Shown one piece after another: positions 46,985 through 58,900 of a stretch of 64,000 nt of DNA (positions are counted from its first letter, which is position 1; each line of letters begins with the position of its first letter). The stretch covers positions 1 to 64,000 of the IMG/VR virus record IMGVR_UViG_3300033075_001233. One strand, given 5' to 3'. The DNA is from a virus (taxonomy: Duplodnaviria; Heunggongvirae; Uroviricota; Caudoviricetes). Under the pieces are notes generated by a model. That model was not told where the DNA came from and did not search any database. It saw only the letters and a list, made by a program, of their open reading frames with translations. Both the position numbers and the translations under genes were made by a program.

Positions 46985-49900
46985 TGCCTGAAGATCAATT
47001 ACCAAATATAAATAGTCCATTAGAGGACAAATTGGCAAGTATACAAAACGATTGGACAAAATCACAATTTTCTGGAAATGGAAACTCTCAAGGAGGCGAT
47101 CCTACATCAACTCTCTTAAAAAAGATGAATGGTGTAATGTCTGCTAAAGAGTCATATAGCATCCCAGATATTGTATCTCCTAATGTAGTAGACGTATCAG
47201 GAAGATATCCTAAACAATTAGTAGGTTGGGATAATGAAGACCTTTATGGAGATGCTCAATCTGGATGGAGCCAAGCTTGGAGAGGTGTTGTAAAGGGAGT
47301 AGCTCTTGCAGGAACTACCTTCTTACAAGGTACTTTAGGATTGGTATATGGATTAGGTGCAGCAGCCGGAACAGGTGAATTGAATAAATTGTTTAATAAT
47401 GATTTTTCAAATGCTATAGATGATTTCAATAAAACGCTCGAAAATCAATACTTACAGAATTATTACACTAAAAGAGAAAGAGATGCTAAATGGTATGAAC
47501 CAGCTAATCTTTTTTCTACAAATTTTATTTTTGATAAATTTGTAAAAAACCTTGGATTTTCTATAGGTGCTATATATTCAGGTGCTGTTGTAGCAAAAGC
47601 CCTTAGAATGGTTCCAGCAATAAGTTCTCTATTTACAGGCGAAAAAGCTGCTGCTACATTAGCTCAAATAGAAAGTAAATTGTCTACTGTTCCTGCATTA
47701 CAGAGAACAGATGAGATGTATAATATGCTTATAAAAGCATCCGATGCTGCTACAAAAGCTGCTAAATTTGGATCAGGCGTAGAAAGAACAGTGATAGGTA
47801 CATTAGGTGCTGTAACAGAAGGTGGTATAGAAGCCCTTCAAGGACTCAATGAGTATAGAAATTCTTTAATAGATAACTATATAGCTACCAATGGTGTAGC
47901 TCCGGTAGGAGACGAACTTGATAAAATCAATGATTTATCCAGTAGTTTAGGTAATAGTAGATTTCTTCTTAATATTGGATTATTGTCTGCTACCAACTAT
48001 ATAATGCTTCCTAAAATATTAGGATCATCTTATAAAACTTCTAAATCTCTTGCAAATAGAGAGATAAATAATATTGTAAAAAATCAAGAAGGTAAATGGG
48101 TAAGTGCATTATCTCAAGCTCCAAGAGTTGAAAAATTTATTAGAAAATCTACAAATGTTGCAGAACTCTTTTTCTCTCCTACAGAAGGATTTGAAGAACT
48201 TTCTCAATATGCAATTGAGCGTGGTGTAAATGATTATTACTCAAAGGCTTATAAAGGTGAAGGTAGAAGTTTTGCAAACTCTATGCTTGCAGGATACGAC
48301 CAAGCTATAAACAGTAATGAAGGAATGGAACAGTTCCTGCTTGGTGCTTTATCTGGTGGTATGCAACAAGCAGGGATTGTAGGTACATATCAAAATGAAA
48401 AAGGACAAACTAAGGTAGTTATTGGTAAATCAGGTAATATAGGTGAGCGTGGTATTACAGGAACAGGCGGAGAACGTGGTAGAAACACAACATCATTTCT
48501 TGCTCAAATGAATGATCCTAAAAATCAGATGAGATTTAAATCTGATACTTGGGTGAAAGACATGGTAGATGCTACAGCAAGGGGTATAAATCTGCAAAAA
48601 GAAGGTGAAGCTTTTATTCGTCAAGGTGATGTTCTTGAAGCAAAAGATAACGAAGCAGATTACATGCATAACTATCTTGCTGTTCGTATTAAACACGGTA
48701 GATATGATTTAGTGCAGGATGATATAGATAATTTTAAACAACAGGCTTCTACTGACGAAGGACTTAATGTGCTGAAACAACAAGGGTATGCTAATGAGAA
48801 TGATACTCGACAGACATTCCTTGCTCGTGTCAATAACTTTGAAAAACATGCTAAAAACATAGATTCTCTGCATCAATCACTTAATATGGTGTATGGTGCA
48901 AAGATTAACCAAGACGGACAGCGTGTATATTCAGATGAAGTAATTGATAAGATGGTGTATGTTGGCTCAAAAATAGCTGACTATGAACAGCGTATTCCTG
49001 AATTATCTCAACAACTACTTAGTAATCAAATAGTTCTAGGAGATGCATTGAGTAATATCTATAAAAATGGAGTTCCTTCTGCTGATGCTGTAAAAGATGC
49101 TATCAAACAGATAGATGATCTTAGTGTAATTGATAGTAAGAAGGATGAGCTTAAACAATCTCTCCGTGATGTAATAGAATTAACAGGTAGAAGAAAAGAA
49201 TTTCTTGATGAATTTAAAAAACTTAAAACCTCTCCTGAGTCTTTTACTGCTACAGAACCTACTACTGCCGTAGCTACCACTGACAAAAAGAAGATTAAAC
49301 TCAAAACAAAAGATGGTGAAGAAGAACTGGAAATAGGCACTGATTACTATCTTGGTAAAGTGGTTGAGAAAGATAAAGATGGAAACGAAGTGTATCGTTT
49401 TCCTCAAATCACTATTGTAGGGGAAAATGAAGATGGAACAATCAAAGTAAAAACCTCTACAGGGCTTATAAAAGATATAAATCCCTCAGTATTAGAGGAT
49501 TATAAACTTGGAAAAGTATCTGATCTTCAGAATAATAAGAAAGCTAAATTCTATTTTGATCATATTAATGATGTCGTAGAATTCAATTTTGGAAAAGGTA
49601 AAAAACAAAGAGGCAGACTTCAATTCTCTCCTAAAGAGGGAGTGCTGAATTTTGTATATAAAGATGCTAAAGGTAAGATAAGATCAATAGAAGTAACAGG
49701 TGATCAGTTTGTCCCCAAAAAAGGATATACTAATCCTATGATTTCTTTTGTTCGTACTCTTACACCGCAAGAACAATCAGATATAGACAATCTAGCTAAA
49801 GAAGTAGATGCTCGTATTGAAGCAAAACGTGAGGCTAGACTTAAAATCATCTCTGAACTCAGAGAAGCTGCTTATGGTAGGCTTGATAAATTAACAGATA

Positions 49901-52900
49901 AGATTTCTCAAAAGAGAGATCAACTTGAAGGAGTTGAGAAAAACCTTAAAGAACTCGAAGAAAAGCTTCAAAAAGATGACAATTTCCGTAAAGATGGAAA
50001 AGGATTCAAAAAAGCTGGTAAAGAGGTAATCCGTCAGTTGAATATTCTGAGTGGAATGAGAACCCTTTTGAGTAGAGAAATAGAAGAACTCACTGCTGAA
50101 CAAGAAGAGGTTGAATTTAACATATCCTATTTTGAGGATATGGGTCAAAATATTGATGAACTTCCTACAGATAGTAAAGACTTCATAGAAGAACTTAATA
50201 ATCAAGTGCTTGATCTTCAGATACTTCATGAAGAAACAGGTAAACAAATCAATTACTTATCTGGTATATTGAGTAAGGTGGAAGATGCATTAAAAACAGC
50301 AGTTGATTTTGCTCTCAATCTTATTCAAAAATTTGAGAAAAAATATCCCGGATTACCTGTAGCACCTGAATCTCTTAGAAGTTTCTTAAATAAGGATTTA
50401 GAATTCAAAGGAACATGGCCTGATTATCAATCATATCTTGCCACTAATCCTAATCTTTTATCTGATTTACAACAATTTGATAGAGAGTTAGCAGATATTG
50501 ATGAGTTAGATGTTACTCCTAATGAGCGTTCTGTACAAGAACTTAAAGATAATATCGCAAATCTTAATAAAGACCTTGCTCAATATGAGAAAGAAATAAA
50601 AGCAAAATCTGCAATTCTTGATAAATTTGAGGATATAGCTAATGAGTATAAACGTAGAGAAGCGGCTAAACGTCAATATGAGCAGGATAAAGTGCTCCAT
50701 GACGCATTGTTTAAAGCTCAATCTCAATTAGTTGAACAGCCGTCAGATGATAGTACAGATGACGAAATTGCTAAAATAGAAACAAAAGATAAAGAAGCTT
50801 CTAAAAAGAAAGACCTTTCTATCTATCCTATTTCTACAATAGCACCATCAAGGGAAACTGATCCTGAATTTGAGAATAAACCTCATCTTTTAAGAGAGGA
50901 AAAATTTTTAAATAATTACGCTGCTTGTCTTCTTAAAGATGAAAATGGTAATGATATTACTCCTGATTTAAGAGTGCTTGTTATACATAGAAATAATCAA
51001 GCAAAATATGGACTTGACGGACTTGTAGAATTACGTAATCCCAAACAAGCTGATGAATCAGAAGAAGCATATGATAAAAGACTTACAAATGCTGAAAATG
51101 GAACAATTCTTTATTTATACATAAAGAAAGGTGAAGGTGAATGGGAAGTAATAGATGAAAATGGTAAGAAAATAGGAAGCTTTGATAACGAGTTTAATCC
51201 TTCAGGAATTGATATAAATAAGGTGGTAACATCTACAGCTCCGGCAGCTAAAATATCACTTAAAGCAGGATCATTCACTAATAAAGATAATCTTAATTTA
51301 GCTGAAATTGAAAAAGCTTGGCTTGAAAAAAGAAAACAATTATTAGAAGAGGGTGATTTACTCACTGTATCAGGAGTATCTCGTGGCGTAAAACAAGTAA
51401 CAAGTACATCCGATAAGAATCCTATTACCCCCACTCTAACAGATTCAAAAACAGTTGATAAACAGCAAGTTATATTTGTATCTACTTCGGATGTAATTAA
51501 TACACCTAATGATACTATATATTATAAAGCAGGTAGACCCTATTTCCAAATAGGAGATAACGTTATTCTTTTAAATAATAGAAACATTAATGAAAAAGAA
51601 GCAGATGCTATATTTTTAGTATTAAAAGAAGTAGCTACTAAATTCCAAGAATCAATCAAAGCAAATCGTCCTAATCTGGATAAGCAATTAGTCGATTGGT
51701 TAAATTCTATAATCTATTGGTATAGCCCATCTGAGAAAAATCCTACAGCACACAACCATCAGATTTATGTAAAATCTGGTAAATTATTCATATCCGGTGT
51801 AGACACTGGTATATATTTCAATCCTGATAGCTTAGAAGCTAATAGGAAACCTATTATCGAAACATTCCTTAAAGGAAATACCGCAGGACGGGGTACATAT
51901 CACCATGTATCTCATAAGAACTTATCCTCAGATCAGCCCTATATTGAGTACTACACTGAAGACGGTAAAACCTTAAAAACCAGAGAACATAAATCATATC
52001 AGCATTATCTGATCGCTAATAATGTAGTGTCTACAAATGTAAGACCTCAAATGAGCGATACGGATAGCAACATTCGTGGTAGATATGCTATCACTGATAT
52101 GGAACTCTCTCTTCCTAAAGAGGATGTTAAACCTCCCAAAGTTGAAAAAAAGGAAGCAGTACAATCCTCTGGAAAACCTGATAAACTTGCAGAAGCAATG
52201 GCTGCTCTTGCCACTAATAAAGCTAGTAAACAAGGTGGTAATAAAGAACAACCTAAAGCAGGTAGTGTTGGTGTAGGGGGAGAGGTTAGGAGTGTTAATG
52301 ATTTTGCAAATGAGAATGAATCATATAGGGTTATAGTAGGGGATGAAGCGTTTAATGATATAGTAGAAAGTGGAACGGTTAGAACTAACGCAGGAAACAA
52401 GGGAGGGGAAAGTTTATCAGACAAACTAAAAAATCGCCCAACCCTATTCCCGTCTTTCAGCAAAGGGAAAGCGTCTATGGAGTATGCGGCTGAAAACCCA
52501 AACAACTATATAATAGTCACAGAAGATGCAAGCATACAACCATCAAAAGCCGGAAGGCATGGCAAGGGAACGACAATGTTCCCAACTGATGAAAATGGTA
52601 ATCATTTAAAAGAATTAAGCGGTGAAAAAGTAAAAGTGTATAAGCATATTGGGGAAGGTCAATATGTATTAGTTTATGCTAACGGAAAGGTTGTAGAACA
52701 ATCCATCAAAGAACAACCCAAAGCTTCTGTTGCTACACCAGTAATGTCTAAAGGATTAAAACCTACAGATAATGTAAAAGCTAGTATAAAAATTGACGAT
52801 CTTCTTAATAAATTTAAAGATCAAGGTATTACAGGGGATATTTCCAATGATGAAGAATATAGAAGAATTGTAGAAAAGAGTATAGATAATGTAAAAAAAG

Positions 52901-55900
52901 AAGATATTACTGCTGTAAAAGCGTGGTTTGCTAAAAATCTTCCGAATGTACCTCTCAATATTGTAGAGCATATCCTTAAAACTACAGATGGTGGTTTTGC
53001 TTGGGGTAAGTTTTCAAGTGTGGGTGTTACAATGTATGAAAAAGCAAAAGAGGGTACAGGATACCACGAAGCATTTGAAGCAGTATGGAAAATGTTTATA
53101 CCTGTTGAAGATAAACAGAAAATAACATCTGAAATGAGACGTAGGAAAGGCTCATTCTATGATGTTATTACTGGTCAAAATACGGAATATAAATCAGCTA
53201 CAGATACACAATTAAAGGAAAAACTGGCAGATGAATTTGCAGAATACGTGCAAACAAATGGTGCTATTTCTGAAAAAATAAAAGGTCAACCTTGGATAAT
53301 CAGAATATTCAGGGCTTTAAAAGAACTTTTTGAAAAACTTATTTCTCCACAAAACAATATAGATCAATTATTTAAGAATATAAATAGTGGTCAATATGCT
53401 ACAAAACCAGTTAATTTGGAATCAGTGGTGGGGGATGAATATAGTAGGGTGGCGGATTTATCACATCAGCTTACAAAAGAACTGATGGAAGATATTACAT
53501 CAAAGATTTTAAATAATTTCTTTGGTGCTAATGCTACATTATCTTTAGCTAATTTATCAGATAATAAGGAAATACCCCTTGATGCTTATTATGATGCTAT
53601 TAAACCAATGCTACTTAATAGATTAATGTCATTAGCAAATATTTCACTTGGGAAAGGTGAAGAAGAACTTGCTCTTAATTATCTTACTATTTTAGATAAT
53701 GTAAATGATAATTGGGAAGATGTTGTCAAATTAAATAAAGAATATTTAAAAACATTTGGTCTTACAAGCAGTCATGAACAAGCCTCTGATAATCTTCCTG
53801 AAAAGGTGAAAGAAGCAAAACAGGCTGAATTTGAAGATGATAATGATGGTATTCAAGATGATGATGAACCTGAATTTGAACAGGAGAATAAATCTCAATT
53901 AGAATATGATAGGGATATATTTACAATTTCTGGTAAGAAAAACGCTTCTGCCGGAATAAGGTTATTATTTGCTACACTTAGGGATGCTAAATTTATTCGT
54001 CAGTCTAAAGATGATGTGTCCGTAATTCCAGCTATAGAATTTGAAAGATCATCACTTAATGGATTCAAATTTGTGCAATATGCAAGAGTATTCAATCAAG
54101 TAGCAAACGCATTAGTTAATACTAATAAGATGGAAAATCTTATTAAAAAGCTTGTCAACCATGCTAAAACAAATGCTCCTATTGTAGACCTTTTAAGTCC
54201 TAATAAATTAAATATAAATAGAACAACAGGTAAAATAAATTACAATTCATTATCATATAATGAATGGAGAATACTCTTGGATTTTGTAAAAACCATGAGT
54301 AAACAATCCCCTACTGCCCTCATATATGATATGAAAGGTAATACAGCCAAGCTTATTCCCGGTAATAAATATTCAGGAATTGAACAAATTAAGAGGAATT
54401 TTGTAAAGAATGTAAAAAATAACAAAGAGTTGTTCTCTTTTGATAAAAAGAAAAAGACATTTGTTGTCAATCCTGAATTCTTTAAAAAGAACCCAACACC
54501 AACCAATGACAAAGCATATATAGATTTTGCAAATTCTATAGGTATTAAAACTGTAGACGGTGAATTATTATCGCTGGCTATGTTAAAAGCTATGCCTTTA
54601 TTTCAAAAAGCAAAATTCAAAAGTGCTTTATCTAGGGTGTATACTCAATTAAAAAAACAAGACCCTTTATTTGATACATCAAATAAGGCATTACAGATTG
54701 AAACTCCTCTGAATGAAATAAGTATTGCTATCATTTCCGCAACAAAAGATGACGGTTCTAACACCTTCTTAAACGTACTGAGAAAACCAGTACAGTCAGT
54801 GGTGTTGAATAACCCTCTGTCTACTTTCTTTAATAATTTTAATTCTGTTTCCTCCCTTGACGATCTACAAAAAGAGGAGCAAGGACTTACCGATGGATTT
54901 TCTAAAAATTCAGTGATATTACAAAGAGGTGGTAAATTCTTTAACGAAGATGGTGATCGTACAGATGAGAAGATTGAAGTGGGATATATTGACGGTATAA
55001 AAACTCCAAGAAACTCTAAACAATCTTCTAAATTATCCCTTATTCAAAGAAGACTCCTTTCTTTCAATCTTAATTTACAAGGTTGGTTTGTTCCTATTAC
55101 CAATGGTGATAAGAAAACAGAATGGGTATTATCTTTAGGTAATCATATATCCTTCAATCAAGTAGTTGCTGGAACACATTGGGATTCAATATATTCTACA
55201 TTCCATAACTATCTGAAAACAGAAATGGAAGTAGCGCAAGTAGATGATGCTAATACACTATCTGTTCTGGATAAACAAAAAAGGCGTGGAAATCTTAGGT
55301 TTTTCCTTAATATTCTTCCTGAAAATATTACAAAAAAAGCAAAAGTTGTAATAGATAATCTCGGGGATATTGATGAATTTATTGAAGAAAATGAGAAAAA
55401 CATCAATAGCGCAATACGTAAATTCCTAGAAAAAGAAGCCAGTAGAACACGTACAGAATTCCAAATATATAATATATTATCAGCAGATGATAATGGAAAT
55501 TATATATTTGATGGAATTGATGAGAAATTCGTAATGGATAACATCAACGATCAAGGTGTAAATAAATTCAGCGAAGAGCAAGTTGATAATGTAATTCTCT
55601 ATAGAACTGTTAATCAGGTGATTAACAATATAGAAATGCATAAACTTGTTATTGGTGATCCTGCATTTATGTCCGATCCTGCAAAACGTATTCCCGGAGC
55701 AATGGGTGGTATAAATCAGACTACCTACGGATCACATGAATTTAATACGCATTTTTCAACATTAGCAAATAGAACTGATGTTAATTCTAGCTCAATACAA
55801 TTAGAACCTACTGATTTAGGATATACTCCTTTCTCAGATGATGTTTCTATTGTAATATATCAAGACGTTATCGTAGAAGGTAGGGTAGAAGGTAGTGATT

Positions 55901-58900
55901 ATAAGAACACAAATGAGGTGGATGGTGGCTCAAAAATGAACCTTTCTGCATATAGAGAATTGAAAATGAGATCAGCAGAATGGACCGATGAACAGGAAAA
56001 ACAATATCAATATCAAATGGCATTCTTCAGAGATAGAATGTCAAAACAGGGAAAATATGACTATTCTTCAAAAGAATTAAAAGAACATGACGTTAACCTT
56101 TTAAAACAAGGTCAGCCTCAAGAAGGTATTTTTGAAATTATCAAACCTAAAGGATGGGGTCAGAATACAGCATCTCCATATAAAGATATAGTGTTCCTGA
56201 AAACATCAGCTCAACCTATTATCCCCACTGTAGCAAAAGACACAAACGATGAACTCCTTCTTCTGAAAATGATGAATGAAGGTATAAAAATTGCAGCTTT
56301 TGAATCAGCAGTAAAAGTAGGGGTACGTAGCACTGAACCAGCATATGTAGATGGTAAATTTAACGAAAATAAATACAACCCTGATGCAATACTCTATCCT
56401 TCTTGGAAAGATTTAGGTATTCAGGTGGAAACCCAATTCTCTCAAGGTAAGAATAAACTGACATTAGGTAGTCAGCTTACAACACTCGCTACACTTAACT
56501 TGTTATCTGGCGGCGTACCTCAAGGATTTACAGCTACAGAATGGAGCAAACTTTCTGAAGAAGAAAGAATGGCAAAATCTGAAATATACAGAGAGGTAGT
56601 TACAAATAATCAGATTCTTGTAGAACTTACAAATAATGGATATGTAGAACTTCTCGATAAATTAGGAATAGAAGAAGATGAAGATGGAAATTATGAAATA
56701 GTTGATTATCAACGAGTTGTAGATTTCCTTAAAGAACAGGCTCGTGACATGGATGATAATACAAAAGCTGCTCTTAAAGTGGACGATGTATTAAATTCAT
56801 TAGCAGTACCTCTTGAGGCTATTCCTACATACACTCAGTTGAAAGCAATTCTTTATTCTATTGTAGATAAAAACATAGCATCCCCTAAAACATCAGGTAT
56901 TGGTTTAGTGCAGATGCCATCTACATTTACAGAAAATGAAGCAAGAACTACCCTTGTTGGTAATTCCACTTATAAATTCTACACTAAAGAAGAATCTTGG
57001 ATTGAGGTAAGTTTACCTGCATGGTTTAGAGATCAGCTTGAGAAATTTTATATAAATAATAAAAAACCAATTCCTTCAGAAGAAGAGTTGCTTAAATTAT
57101 TGAATGATGCTGATATATTAAATGGTATAGGTTTCCGTATCCCCACTCAGGAAATGAACTCTGTAGAGGTATTTAAAATTAAGAGTTTTCTTCCTAAAGT
57201 GATGGGTAACACTATTATTGTACCTTCAGAAATCACCACAAAAGCAGGTAGTGACTTTGACATTGATAAACTTAATGCATATCTTAAAAATGTTGTAATT
57301 ACCAAAACAGGTAAAATATCTAAAGTGGCATCATTTAATTCTCAGGAAGAAGCCGCTGATCATTTTGGAAGTGAATATGAAAACAGTATTCAAAAAGAGA
57401 TTGACAAAATTGAAAAATATGATGATTTCCGTGAAACTCTTTTAGCTGTATTCAACGCAATAGAAAATATCAAGGGTGATATTACATTAGATAAAATCAA
57501 AAAAGCACTCACTGAAGACCTGAAAGAATTCTATGATGTGCATATGACTCTTCTTAATGAAATTATAGATCAAGCTGCTGAAGAACAATTAAATCCTTCA
57601 CAATATATTCAAAATCAGATAGATAAGCTTTCCCGTAAAAAAGGAAAACTGAATGCTAAGTTATTTAATGAACTGGCTAAAGAAATGTACATTAAAAAAT
57701 ATACAAGAAAATCTCTTGAGAACGCATACTACGAATCTCTCGAAAGGCTTGTTCAGCTTCCTGAAAACTTTGAAAGGTTAATACAAATCAACACTACAAA
57801 AAATCTTGAAGAAATTAAGAATAACCTTAATAAGGCATTATTCACTGAGGATGAAATTAAACAAAACAACATCAATACAGGTGAAAAACTTGCATTGAAC
57901 TATCTTCCTATTATCTCTCCTTACACTCTTGATGAAATCAGGCATAATCTGGTTACAGGTAAGGATGGTGTTGGTATTGCTGCTGCTGCTCAAAAGAGCA
58001 ACTCAATTATGCAACGTACTCAGGTGGTGATTGATTCAAGCAGAGTAAATCTTCTTAATGATATTGATCCATTAAGAACAGAATTAATAGGTGATGGCGT
58101 TATACGTTTTCCTCATAATAAAATTAATGGAAAACCCACTATATCAATGTCTAAAACCGCAGATGGTAAGAAGTATATTTCAGATATTATTTCTGAGTAT
58201 ATTAACGGATTTGTGGACGTTGTAAAGAATACATTTATCATTGAGATGGGTGTTACCACTCGTACAGCAGGTACGTTCTTATTTATGGATAGGCTTGGTA
58301 ATAACACTGAACATACTACGTTTTTCATGAATCAGCCTATTATCAGGCAATATTTAAAATTCCTTGATGCAAATAAGATAAACCCAATTAGAAACGAAAA
58401 AACAATAAAACAAATTTATTCTATCTGGGGTAATGTTAAATATACAGGAAAAGACACGCTTCCTACAGCTAATCAATTACTGGATAATATTAAAGAATAT
58501 AAAGTAAAAAATAGGGATTTTAATAATTTATCTAAAGATTTCGTAGAAGAGCAATCTAAAATATTTAATGAATTCCTGAAATATCAGGAGATGGCATCTG
58601 ATTTATTTACCCTTATGCAGGGTATAAATTGGGATACAGCCCATATGTCTGATCCTGAACAATTCCTTCTGAAGGATGTTAAATATGATAAGGCAAATAA
58701 TACATTATTTACTCCTGCTTCAGAGATATTGAAGAATGTATTTATTGGAAATACACGCCAAAAATTGATGGATTCTAGGGATGCAATAGGTGGTTTTATA
58801 GCCATAGAACATCCTAATGTACGTGAAGTGCTGGATACATTAAAGCGTAAATTCATTAGTATGAGCTTCTTCCCTAAGCCTGATGTATATAGTGCTATTG